Assembly: GCA_002423395.1 (NCBI GenBank)
Contig: DIVZ01000005.1
Coordinates: 383,016 to 447,015 of the forward strand
DNA length: 64,000 nucleotides
Source: Eubacteriaceae bacterium UBA6119
GTDB lineage: Bacteria > Bacillota > Clostridia > Eubacteriales > UBA1433
Reading direction: 5' to 3'
Position numbers and translations under genes: made by a program. Positions within the stretch are counted from its first letter, which is position 1, and each line of letters opens with the position of its first letter. Shown piece by piece: positions 1 through 9,034 of the stretch. Under the pieces are notes generated by a model. It ran no database searches, had not been told where the DNA came from, and worked only from the letters and a program-made list of their open reading frames with translations.

Positions 1-59
1 GTAGGCGCAAATACAAACAATCTTCCACGGCAGTCAATAGTATAAGATAAATCTTTCAT
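1..59 (-). CDS. 5' end of an unidentified CDS running off the left edge (MKDLSYTIDCRGRLFVFAP...)
   Basis: ATG at 59 on the minus strand. An AGGAG motif (complement of 70-74) lies about 10 nt upstream. The frame stays open to the window edge. Confidence 0.35.
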   Translation of the reverse strand, partial: MKDLSYTIDCRGRLFVFAP

Positions 60-120
60 TTTATTTAAACTCCTATTAATATGTTTTATTATTTTATCCA
101 GTTTTTACTAAATTATACAA

Positions 121-150
121 AAAAGCTGTTATATAAAATAACAGCTTTTT
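121..150. terminator. Symmetric hairpin (aaaagctgtta / taacagctttt) with an A-run on one side and a T-run on the other
   Basis: 11-bp perfect stem with a 7-nt loop. It can act in either direction and lies in the leader of the minus-strand gene that starts at 59. Confidence 0.4.
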
Positions 151-416
151 AAATACAATATAAAAGGGAGAACTGGAAAAGGTGGGCAGAAAAAATGAAT
201 TAATGGATAATTACGTTGGTTGTTCTCCCTTTTGGGAATAAGTATACTATAATACTATAAAAAATCAATATTTTTTTTAAAAAAAATATAAGTTTTTTTA
301 AAATGAAAGTTAAAAGAAAATAACAAAATAATTTTTTTATTCATATAATCGAAATAATATTATCGATATTAATTTTTTAATTAATATAATCAATATTTAT
401 CGTAATTTGGGATTTG

Positions 417-445
417 TTGACAAATAAGGGCAAAAAATATACAAT
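417..445 (+). promoter_or_regulatory. SigA-type promoter: TTGACA, 17-nt spacer, TACAAT
   Basis: Consensus -35 at 417-422 and a near-consensus -10 at 440-445, about 85 nt upstream of the 529 ORF. Confidence 0.5.
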
Positions 446-528
446 TGTCTCCACAAAGAATAAAATAATGTAAGCAGACGGGAATTAAATAAAGAAAGGT
501 AATACTAATAGTTTTTGGGTGGACTATT

Positions 529-792
529 ATGATGATTTACGAGTGTAAAAATTCCGTGCTTGCAAGTTTTATAAGCGCTTCTAAACAAACAGATTTAGCG
601 AAAGTAAACCAAGAATTTATTGACGATATGCTGATACTTATATGCAATTATCTGCAAAACATGAAGCAAAAAGAAGAAGAATATGAAAACTTGGAATATC
701 TTAGAAGAAGGTTAAATAAGCATATAGTTAAATATCAAAACGTTGGATTTGATAATAATGATATTGTGGATTATCTGAGACTTTATATATAA
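529..792 (+). CDS. Hypothetical small acidic/charged protein (87 aa)
   Basis: ORF with a weak GGTGGA SD and a consensus promoter upstream. I recognise no family. Confidence 0.45.
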   Translation: MMIYECKNSVLASFISASKQTDLAKVNQEFIDDMLILICNYLQNMKQKEEEYENLEYLRRRLNKHIVKYQNVGFDNNDIVDYLRLYI

Positions 793-1206
793 ATTAAACT
801 TTATACGTCACAAAAGAACTGCACCCCTAAAGTTAGACAGTATTATATACTATAAATAACTTTGGAGGTGTTTTTATGCCAGAAGGAACTCCGTTTATAG
901 GGGAGTTTAAGCAAAAAGCAGAAAATCGTTTCCTTTGTTTTATTGAGGTTCGACTTATGAATGAAGATGCAAATGGCAATTAATAATTACATCAATTTTT
1001 TATTGATATGTTTTATTTGCAATGTGTGTGATATGGGAAGAGGCAAACACCGTTCGTCCTTCGGTTTTGTGGTAATTTATAAGAGGTCGGGAGAGTTTTA
1101 TCATAAAAAGGCAATATAAAAGAAAGTTTTACGAGAGTTTGTGGATAGTTAAAACTAATTATTTGCATTGTTTTTTATAATTCTTAAAAAATTATTCTAA
1201 AGATGC

Positions 1207-2586
1207 TTATTTAAGTTCTGTAATTTTTACAAATCTGTATCCTTTGTTTTTCAATTCGTCGACAAGCTGATGAAGAGTTGAGTCCGAAGCATAGGTGCAT
1301 GACGGATATCCATCCTTGCCTCTTTGCAGGGCGATATTGTCAAATTCAAGATACGGGTGGTAAAAAAAGCTCGCTAAAACATGCGGATCAAGATTTTTCG
1401 CCACATTGATGATGTTGCTCTCATCGTTACTTCCGTTAAGAAAATTAATCGGCGCCGGAATATAAGTGATGTTTCTATCCTCGTCTTTGACTACCTTAAC
1501 TTTGTAAAGATATCTCTTGAGATGTCTGGGATAAGCCTCATAAATATAGTCAAAATTCGCCTCAACAACTAAAAGCTGTTTTGTTGAAATGGAGTAATGA
1601 GGTACAGTAAAGAAAGTATAAGGAATATCCAGTCTTTGCGCTGTGAACTTGGCCGCGTCAATTCGCTCCTGCGCATATACTTTTGAAGAAGGGATATTAA
1701 CCGTGTTCTTCTTGCGGTCAAACTCATACCCGTTTCCGCTGACGGTATAGCCATATTGGTGAGTGTAGCCGTGCAAGCCGATAACTCCGTTCCTATCTAT
1801 GAGGTAATCCAGAGTATATAAAAAATCCGCATTCGCCATGCTGTATTGATTTGAAATGTCAATATCCGAATATGAAGATGGTCTCGGGTCGATATATCTG
1901 GGTATCCAAGTTACATGAAAAGGCACATTTTCGGCATAAAGATAATCGCTTACTATGCGAAGTTTTTCCAAAGAATCGGAAGACAGATAAAAAGGAGAAC
2001 TGCAAAGATCTTCTAACCTTACAAGGGCAGGCTTTCCAGACGCGGGGCGCTGCCGGCTTACAGTATTATCACGGTTATAATAGAAGCTTAATGACTTTGC
2101 ATCTGTATTCCAAGTAACTTTAAGGTCAAATAACTTTGTAAAATCAAGCAGGCTGATATACACGGCGTTATCCATTAAAATTACTTTCTTTTTTAGATTA
2201 ACGATTTGATTGTTAAGCAGGTATGTGTTTTTTGTTAAATCAATGACTCTCTTTCTCTTGCCCAAAATTAAGGTTACTGAGTCATCTTTTAATATAGTTT
2301 TTCCGCCAAGCTGCGTGACAATTTCTGATGCGGGCAGGTAATATCTGTTTGTGTCATAATAAATAGGATGAGAAAGATCCATACGTTTGTTTTCAAAAAA
2401 CAATGCTATGTTATCCTGACCCCACTGAATTTCATGAATTTGTGTAATTTCTTCATTTATAGCATTATCATTATCTTCATTATTCCGACATAAAATCCAG
2501 GTAAACACTGTACTTGCCGAAAAAAGTGCAATCAATGAAATGATAAAAATAATTTTTTTCGTCATCTTAGCCATTGATGGATTCAC
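1207..2586 (-). CDS. Membrane-anchored/exported protein with a copper-amine-oxidase N-terminal-like domain and a DUF2334 (polysaccharide-deacetylase-like) domain
   Basis: N-terminal hydrophobic anchor (IIFIISLIALFSAS). Stalk-domain pattern YYLPASEIVTQLGG...KVTWN. C-terminal RLEDL...NVPFHVTWIP...GLHGYTHQY is typical of DUF2334. Confidence 0.7.
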   Translation of the reverse strand: MNPSMAKMTKKIIFIISLIALFSASTVFTWILCRNNEDNDNAINEEITQIHEIQWGQDNIALFFENKRMDLSHPIYYDTNRYYLPASEIVTQLGGKTILKDDSVTLILGKRKRVIDLTKNTYLLNNQIVNLKKKVILMDNAVYISLLDFTKLFDLKVTWNTDAKSLSFYYNRDNTVSRQRPASGKPALVRLEDLCSSPFYLSSDSLEKLRIVSDYLYAENVPFHVTWIPRYIDPRPSSYSDIDISNQYSMANADFLYTLDYLIDRNGVIGLHGYTHQYGYTVSGNGYEFDRKKNTVNIPSSKVYAQERIDAAKFTAQRLDIPYTFFTVPHYSISTKQLLVVEANFDYIYEAYPRHLKRYLYKVKVVKDEDRNITYIPAPINFLNGSNDESNIINVAKNLDPHVLASFFYHPYLEFDNIALQRGKDGYPSCTYASDSTLHQLVDELKNKGYRFVKITELK

Positions 2587-2658
2587 CTGTTAACACTTAG
2601 TTTTGAATATGTAAATTCATGTGTTAAACTACATTTTAATCATAATATCAATTTTAAA

Positions 2659-2671
2659 TATAGATATCAAC
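2659..2671. repeat. Left copy of a 13-bp perfect inverted repeat (TATAGATATCAAC)
   Basis: Its reverse complement occurs at 2756-2768, in the divergent intergenic region between the 1207-2586 and 2963-4663 genes. Confidence 0.6.
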
Positions 2672-2755
2672 AACCAGTTTTGTTTGGTATAAGAAAAGCA
2701 ATATATAATATGCGGCTGAAAATTGCAGAGTATTGTTTACTTAATGAAAAAATAG

Positions 2756-2768
2756 GTTGATATCTATA
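2756..2768. repeat. Right copy of the 13-bp inverted repeat (GTTGATATCTATA)
   Basis: Perfect reverse complement of 2659-2671. Confidence 0.6.
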
Positions 2769-2962
2769 GTTATTAAATATATTCTTATTCAAGAACCGCA
2801 GTTGAAGGTTTTTGTTTAACTATTTGTGACTATTAAAATATTTGATATTTTATATAAGATAATATAAAATCAATAAGTAAGCAAATTCGACAAATTTGGA
2901 AATTTATTTTAAAATCGGAAAAGGTATAAGTTAAACAAAATTTACAAAAAAGGAAAAGACTT

Positions 2963-4663
2963 ATGGGACGAAAAATATTAATTATAGGCGGAGTAGCCGG
3001 CGGCGCATCAGCGGCGGCAAGACTGAGAAGAAATAATGAAGATGATGAAATAATTATGTTTGAAAGAGGACCGCATGTCTCATTTTCAAACTGCGCGCTT
3101 CCTTATCATTTAAGCGGAATTATAAAAGACGCGGAAGATTTGGTTTTAATGAACCCCGAGATTTTTTTAAAACGGTTTAATATTGAGGCAAGAGTTAATA
3201 ACGAAGTAATTTCTATTAACAGAAAGAATAAAAATGTTGTCGTTAAAAACGTGTTAACAAGCGATACATATACTGAAAAATACGATAAGCTCATTCTCTC
3301 TCCCGGAGCCAGACCGATAAGAGAAAACATTGACGGACTGGATAGCGCAAATGTATTCTTCGTAAGAAATGTAGTTGATATTGACAGCTTAAATAAATTC
3401 ATAAAGCAAAACAACGCAAAAGACGTGCTTGTAGTAGGCGGTGGGTTTATCGGCATAGAAACTGCCGAAAATTTAAGAAAAGCAGGATATAACGTTTCAA
3501 TAGTAATCGCGTCAAAGCAGGTTTTAAATACATTTGACTACGATATGGTGCAGATATTGCATAAAGAGATATTTGATAAAGGCATTAAATTATATATCGG
3601 TGAAAAGATAGCAAAAATAGAAAACAACAAAGCTTTTTTATCATCGGGAACGATTATAGACGCAAAAGTTATTGTAATGGCTAAAGGTGTAATACCTGAA
3701 ATCGGTTTAGCGGAAGAAGCGGAGCTGAAAATAGGACAGACGGGAGCCATAAAGGTAGATGAAAATTACAGAACGAGTGATAAGGACATATATGCTGTAG
3801 GCGATGCGATAGAGGTGCAAAACGCACTTTCGCATTCCGCAATGAAACTGCCGCTTGCGGGACCGGCATTAAAAGCGGCAAGAATAGCCGCGGATGATAT
3901 TAACGGCAAACGCACTTTTAATAAGGGATTTATTTGTTCTTCGGCAATAAAAGTATTTGATTATAACGGCGCTTCAACAGGTTTATGCGAAGCTGTGATT
4001 AAATCGCAGAAGTTAAAAATTAATTATGATATTGTATATCTGGTTCTCTCGGATAAGGTAGGATTAATGCCTGACGCTTCGCCTTTGTTTTTAAAGCTTA
4101 TTTTCCAGGTTCCGAGCGGAAAAGTTTTAGGTGCGCAGGCCATAGGAAAAGGCGACGCTACAAAGAGAATTGATATAATAGCAACGCTTATTAAATTCTC
4201 AGGCACGGTGGAAGATTTAAAAGATTTGGAGCTTTGTTACGCTCCTCCGTTCTCAACGGCTAAAGACGTTGTTAATTACGCGGGATATATCGGTTCTAAC
4301 TTACTCAACAAAGACTTCAGGCAAGTAAGTTTTAACAAGGTAAGAGAGCTTGTTGAAAACGGGGCATATATTTTGGATGTAAGAGAAAAATGCGAATACG
4401 ATGCGGGGCATATAAAAGGCGCGGTTAATATTCCGTTAAGCGAGCTGAGAGGAAGAACCTCGGAGGTGCCCAAAGATGTTGACGTGTATATACATTGCAG
4501 AACAGGGCAGAGAAGTTATTACGCAGTTACGATGCTGCAGCACTTAGGGTTTAAAAATGTGTATAACGTTACGGGAAGCTTCCTTGCGCTTTCTTTCTAT
4601 GAATATTTTAACGATAAAACCACAGGCAGAGAAAGCATTGTGACGCAATATAATTTTAATTAA
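2963..4663 (+). CDS. CoA-disulfide reductase family flavoprotein fused to a C-terminal rhodanese domain (CoA-persulfide / NAD(P)H persulfide reductase-like)
   Basis: FAD motif GGVAGGASAA, redox Cys in SFSNCALPYH, second dinucleotide fold VVGGGFIGIE and rhodanese active-site loop IHCRTGQRS. Confidence 0.88.
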   Translation: MGRKILIIGGVAGGASAAARLRRNNEDDEIIMFERGPHVSFSNCALPYHLSGIIKDAEDLVLMNPEIFLKRFNIEARVNNEVISINRKNKNVVVKNVLTSDTYTEKYDKLILSPGARPIRENIDGLDSANVFFVRNVVDIDSLNKFIKQNNAKDVLVVGGGFIGIETAENLRKAGYNVSIVIASKQVLNTFDYDMVQILHKEIFDKGIKLYIGEKIAKIENNKAFLSSGTIIDAKVIVMAKGVIPEIGLAEEAELKIGQTGAIKVDENYRTSDKDIYAVGDAIEVQNALSHSAMKLPLAGPALKAARIAADDINGKRTFNKGFICSSAIKVFDYNGASTGLCEAVIKSQKLKINYDIVYLVLSDKVGLMPDASPLFLKLIFQVPSGKVLGAQAIGKGDATKRIDIIATLIKFSGTVEDLKDLELCYAPPFSTAKDVVNYAGYIGSNLLNKDFRQVSFNKVRELVENGAYILDVREKCEYDAGHIKGAVNIPLSELRGRTSEVPKDVDVYIHCRTGQRSYYAVTMLQHLGFKNVYNVTGSFLALSFYEYFNDKTTGRESIVTQYNFN

Positions 4664-4700
4664 TAGTCTTCATCAGTCTAATATTATTTGTTTTATAGAT

Positions 4701-4727
4701 AAAAACCGCTTAATGCGGTTTTTTTTA
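4701..4727 (+). terminator. Rho-independent terminator
   Basis: aaaaaccgc-ttaat-gcggttttttt hairpin followed by a T-run, after the 2963-4663 gene. Confidence 0.8.
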
Positions 4728-4930
4728 TGTCTGTTACAAAAATCAGCGCCAATCAGAACAAAACAATTATCTTATTATCTACAGCAAATGCAGATGTATC
4801 ATACAACCTTAATTTATATAATGTATTAATTTATTTATTCTTCAAAAACTAAATGATATTATGGTTTTAGCAATCAATATTAAGCTTAAAAACGTCTGAC
4901 ATATAAAAAAATGATTGAAGGATTTATATC

Positions 4931-7345
4931 ATGGCTGAGCAATTAAATGAGTATAATAAAAAACGCAATTTTGAAATAACGCATGAGCCCGAAGGCAGAG
5001 CAAGGAAATCGGAAGAACGGAGCAGGTTTGCGGTGCAGCACCATATGGCGCGAAGAGACCATTATGATTTTCGTATTGAGCACAACGGCGTTTTATTAAG
5101 CTGGGCTGTGCCTAAAGGGCCTTCATATAATACTTCCGATAAAAGGCTCGCCGTTCATGTGGAAGACCATCCTGTTGAGTACAGAGATTTTGAAGGGACA
5201 ATACCTAAAGGGCAGTACGGCGGGGGAGTTGTAATGCTTTGGGATGAAGGTACTTATGAGCCTTACGGAGATGTTGACGAAGGGGTAAAGAACGGCGCGC
5301 TTAAATTTGTTTTAAACGGAAGGCGTCTAAAGGGAAAATGGGCTTTGATACGTCTGAAAAGTAAAGAAAGCGAGAAAGCTGATAACTGGCTTTTGCTTAA
5401 AGAAAAAGATGAATACGCAAGAGATGACGACGGAATTTACGAGTTTAATACCAGCATAAAAACAGGACGCACTATGGCTGAAATTGAAGCAGGCGTAGAA
5501 GAAAAAAAAGCAAGGAATCCTTTTGATAAGGCAGACGTACAGCTCGCAAAACTCGTAAATACTATTCCAAAATGTGATGAATGGCTGTATGAAATGAAAT
5601 ATGACGGGTACAGGATAACGGCGTTTGCGCAGAGCGGCAGCGTAAGACTGCTTACAAGAAACGGCAGCGATTATACAAAGCGGTTTGCAGATATTGCGCA
5701 GGCAGTAATCGAGTTATCCGCCACAAGGGCAATGGTTTTGGACGGAGAAGTAATATGCGCGGATGAGACGGGAAAGTCTGATTTTCAGGCGCTGCAAAAT
5801 TATATAAAAAACCCCGAACATAAAAGTTTAACATATATTGTATTTGATTTGCTAGCGCTGGACGGAGTGGATTTAAGAGGACGGCGTTTGATTGAAAGAA
5901 AAGAAAAGCTTGAAGCGTTGCTTGAGAATGCGCCTGAAAGTATCTACTACAGCAGGCATGTAAAAGGTAACGGTAAAGCAAGTTTTGACGTGGCATGCAA
6001 GGCGGGTATGGAAGGAATAATAGGTAAGAAAATTGATTCTTTATACAGCGGAGATCGAGGTGGGGACTGGATTAAGCTGAAATGCGATAAAAGGCAGGAA
6101 TTTGTGATAGGCGGGTATACGCTTTCTGATAAAAAAACAAGCGGAGTAAGCTCGCTATTGCTGGGTGTCTATGAGAATGAAGATTTGGTTTACGCGGGGC
6201 GCGCGGGAACGGGGTTTAGCGAAAGCGATATAAGAGAGCTTGAGGGAAAATTTAAAAGTTTAATTAAGTCAGAGCCACCGTTTAAAATTGCGCCTAAGCA
6301 AAAGTCAAATGAAAAAATAATATGGATTGAGCCCAAATATGCAGCGGAAATTAAATTCAGGGAATGGACAAAAGATAATCAGTTAAGGCAGGCAAGCTTT
6401 AAAGGCCTGCGCACGGATAAGAACATAAAAGATATAAAAAGGGAAGAAGCGGAAAAAGAAAAGGAGAAACAAGTGAAAGCGGACAAAAAAAGCATTATCA
6501 TAGAAGGAATAAAAATTACTAACCCCGATAAGGTTATATTTGACGAACCAGTGGTTACTAAAGCTGATATTGTACGGTATTATTCACAAGTGTCACAGCG
6601 TATGATGCCATATGTTTCTAATAGGTTGCTCAGCATTGTGCGCTGCCCTAAAGGGATATCGCAGTCATGCTTTTATAAAAAGCATCCCGGACCGTCAAGT
6701 AGTGGCATAGTGACTATGAACGTCTTAAGCAGCAGCGGAGAGAGGGAAGAGTACTTTTATATTAATAACGAACAAGGGCTTATAAGCGAAGCGCAGATGG
6801 GTACTATTGAATTTCACACGTGGGGCAGCAGTATTAATGATATTGAAAAGCCTGATATAATGGTGTTTGATTTGGATCCTGACGAAGAGATGGATATAGA
6901 AAGGCTGCGCCGAGGCGTTAGGGATACAAAAAGCGTGCTTGACGAGCTTATGCTGAAATCATACCTTAAAACAAGCGGCGGCAAAGGATATCATGTGGTC
7001 GTGCCGTTAAAGCCATCAAGTACATGGGATGCATTTCATGATTTCGCGAGGCGAGTCGCGGAAGTAATGGAGCAGAAATGGTCCGAACGTTACACTAGCA
7101 ATGTACGTAAATCCAGCCGCAGCAATAAGATATTTATTGACTGGATAAGAAACGGCAGAGGCGCAACAAGCATTGCACCGTATTCCATAAGAGCGAGAAA
7201 AGGGGCTAAAGTTTCAATGCCCATTGCATGGGAGGAACTTGATACTGTCGCTCCTGACGGCGTGGATATTGCGGACGCTTTTTTAAGAACAGGCAAAGCT
7301 GACCCGTGGGAAGACTTTTTTAATAATAGTCAGGTGTTGAGGTAA
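4931..7345 (+). CDS. ligD: Multifunctional NHEJ DNA ligase D with domain order phosphoesterase, ATP-dependent ligase, polymerase/primase
   Basis: The N-terminus has PE-domain motifs (HYDFRIEH, WAVPKG). The ligase adenylation motif is EMKYDGYR. The C-terminus has LigD-Pol motifs (VFDLDPD, SGGKGYHVV, IDWIRN). Confidence 0.92.
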   Translation: MAEQLNEYNKKRNFEITHEPEGRARKSEERSRFAVQHHMARRDHYDFRIEHNGVLLSWAVPKGPSYNTSDKRLAVHVEDHPVEYRDFEGTIPKGQYGGGVVMLWDEGTYEPYGDVDEGVKNGALKFVLNGRRLKGKWALIRLKSKESEKADNWLLLKEKDEYARDDDGIYEFNTSIKTGRTMAEIEAGVEEKKARNPFDKADVQLAKLVNTIPKCDEWLYEMKYDGYRITAFAQSGSVRLLTRNGSDYTKRFADIAQAVIELSATRAMVLDGEVICADETGKSDFQALQNYIKNPEHKSLTYIVFDLLALDGVDLRGRRLIERKEKLEALLENAPESIYYSRHVKGNGKASFDVACKAGMEGIIGKKIDSLYSGDRGGDWIKLKCDKRQEFVIGGYTLSDKKTSGVSSLLLGVYENEDLVYAGRAGTGFSESDIRELEGKFKSLIKSEPPFKIAPKQKSNEKIIWIEPKYAAEIKFREWTKDNQLRQASFKGLRTDKNIKDIKREEAEKEKEKQVKADKKSIIIEGIKITNPDKVIFDEPVVTKADIVRYYSQVSQRMMPYVSNRLLSIVRCPKGISQSCFYKKHPGPSSSGIVTMNVLSSSGEREEYFYINNEQGLISEAQMGTIEFHTWGSSINDIEKPDIMVFDLDPDEEMDIERLRRGVRDTKSVLDELMLKSYLKTSGGKGYHVVVPLKPSSTWDAFHDFARRVAEVMEQKWSERYTSNVRKSSRSNKIFIDWIRNGRGATSIAPYSIRARKGAKVSMPIAWEELDTVAPDGVDIADAFLRTGKADPWEDFFNNSQVLR

Positions 7346-7407
7346 AAACCGGACATTTATCTTTAATATATAAAGTAATTATTAATCTAATAATAAAAAT
7401 AATATAA

Positions 7408-7447
7408 AAATCCGCTGTAAGCTAAAATTGAGCTGCTCAACGGATTT
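7408..7447. terminator. Possible bidirectional terminator between the convergent ligD and anti-sigma genes
   Basis: aaatccg ... cggattt 7-bp stem enclosing a large loop. The structure is weak. Confidence 0.3.
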
Positions 7448-7492
7448 ATTACATCTGATATACATTGGTTAAAATTAAATCAGATTTTTATG

Positions 7493-8257
7493 TTATTTAG
7501 CGGGCTGATAATCCGATGATATGAAAACCTCAAAGGTTTTTAACATATTGTCAAAGCGCGCTCCGTGTCCCTCTTCAGCTTCCACAAAAAGTTTCTGATG
7601 AATTACAAAGCTTCCGCCGTCATTGTTTGATACTATAAAAATTTTCTCATAAACATCTCTTGAGGAGCTTCCTTTTATAAGAGTAATTTTTAAGCTTTTT
7701 ATCGGATATGTCACTTCGCCGTCATTTCGCACGGTTTTGTATTTACCTTGATTTTCAGACATATATTGAGTAAGCAATTCATCAGGCGTTTTAGAAAGAA
7801 CCTGGAAAATTTCCATTTGTACAGAAGGGTAGGTATCGGGTATATTTTTTGCCTTTATAATATCTTTATCATCTGTTTTTTCGACGGTATAAAGCTCTGT
7901 GTCAATATAAATTGCGTATCCTATTTTGTTAACAGTATTAATAAATAAATCAGCGTTAACAAAACCCCTTTGACCTTCTACTTCGTTTTCTATTTGTTTT
8001 TCCGGCGCAAAATATTTTATTATGTTTTGCGCAAGAACTCTGCCTGTGGGGGTAACTGTAAAAAATATTATAAGCACCGCAACAAAAACAGCGGCTACTG
8101 TTAAAACTTTCTTTATTGGTCTGTTCTTTCTCATATCATAATATCCTTTCGCATTAATATCATTTATTAATTTATCGTAAACAATATCTTTTTGCATAGC
8201 GGAGTTATCTGTTCCGCGCAATAATGAGTCTTTTATTTTTACTTCAAAATTATCCAT
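7493..8257 (-). CDS. Putative single-pass anti-sigma factor / membrane protein partnered with the ECF sigma
   Basis: Only a 2-nt gap separates it from the sigma gene. One TM segment (VLTVAAVFVAVLIIFFTV) follows a ~55-aa cytoplasmic N-terminus. There is no HxxxCxxC zinc motif. Confidence 0.6.
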   Translation of the reverse strand: MDNFEVKIKDSLLRGTDNSAMQKDIVYDKLINDINAKGYYDMRKNRPIKKVLTVAAVFVAVLIIFFTVTPTGRVLAQNIIKYFAPEKQIENEVEGQRGFVNADLFINTVNKIGYAIYIDTELYTVEKTDDKDIIKAKNIPDTYPSVQMEIFQVLSKTPDELLTQYMSENQGKYKTVRNDGEVTYPIKSLKITLIKGSSSRDVYEKIFIVSNNDGGSFVIHQKLFVEAEEGHGARFDNMLKTFEVFISSDYQPAK

Positions 8258-8259
8258 TG

Positions 8260-8757
8260 TCAGTCATTCTCCCTTTGCAGAATTAATCTCAATTTTTCCT
8301 TGCCTCGTTTAATGCGCGCTTTTACTGTTGTTAAATTTAACCTGAGTATTACGGCGATTTCCTTGTCGGAATAGCCCGATAAATATCGCAGTATTATTGG
8401 AATGCGCTGAGATTTTTTTAGTTCGCCTATTGCCTCATAGAGATAATCGTACTCTGATTTAATGGGCTGAGCGAGTTCGCTTAAGTCCTCAATTGGAGAA
8501 GTCTCATATTTTCTGCCGTAAGCTCTTCTGCATTCGTTTATTAATATACGATAAAACCATGGCTCAAAGTTTTTAGTGTTATCAAATTTATGCATGTTAA
8601 GATAAACGCGCAGAAATGTCTCCTGAACCACATCGGCGGCAGCGGCGTCCGAACGCACAACAGCCGCGGCTACGCGCAAAGCGTTATTTGCATGTTTTTG
8701 ATAATAAACTTCAAAACTGTCTTTATTAAGCTTCAAAGGTGTTTTTTGTTCAGCCAT
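8260..8757 (-). CDS. ECF-type sigma-70 family RNA polymerase sigma factor
   Basis: Region 2 (DVVQETFLRVY...PWFYRILINECR) and a region 4 HTH (YSDKEIAVILRLNLTTVKARIKRGKEKL). Confidence 0.9.
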   Translation of the reverse strand: MAEQKTPLKLNKDSFEVYYQKHANNALRVAAAVVRSDAAAADVVQETFLRVYLNMHKFDNTKNFEPWFYRILINECRRAYGRKYETSPIEDLSELAQPIKSEYDYLYEAIGELKKSQRIPIILRYLSGYSDKEIAVILRLNLTTVKARIKRGKEKLRLILQREND

Positions 8758-9034
8758 ATTTTCTCCGATTGTTTAGTATTCACTAATTATACCTTTTAAA
8801 TATATAAAAAGAGACAGCCGCTTATAAATTTTTTATAAATTGTATCTGTCAGCCACGCAAAGCTGAAGTTTAATTTACAGACTATATAACTGTTACTTTG
8901 ATTGTTTCTTGTTTATAGTTCTACAGTATAAATAATATTTACTTTAATTTTTAATATTACCTTATATAGTGTATAATATTTTTTAATATACACACACGAT
9001 TAAAACATTAATAATTGTTTATTAAAGGAAGCGG

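Noticed and set aside
820-1140. A possible IS/transposase remnant or small RNA. The evidence was an imperfect inverted repeat (cacccctaaagtt ... aactttggaggtg), a 35-codon ORF with a good SD (MPEGTPFIGEFKQKAENRF...) and a 28-codon ORF (MGRGKHRSSFGF...).
   Set aside because: I could find no recognisable transposase motif, terminal inverted repeats or target duplication. The peptides match nothing I know. I left it unannotated rather than calling a mobile element or pseudogene.
3106-4473. Several 60-116-aa minus-strand ORFs inside the CoADR-rhodanese gene. Similar antisense or off-frame ORFs lie inside ligD, uxaA-like, larA-like, the giant surface genes, cstA and the polysaccharide genes (for example 5652-5996, 16403-16744, 32752-33162, 49151-49585, 52633-52971).
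   Set aside because: They lie entirely within long ORFs that have clear family motifs. They have low-complexity or biased composition typical of shadow frames and lack SD sequences.
4664-9034. A search for a Ku gene, or other NHEJ or prophage genes, around ligD.
   Set aside because: The only neighbours are an ECF sigma/anti-sigma pair on the opposite strand. Nothing Ku-like appears in any frame.
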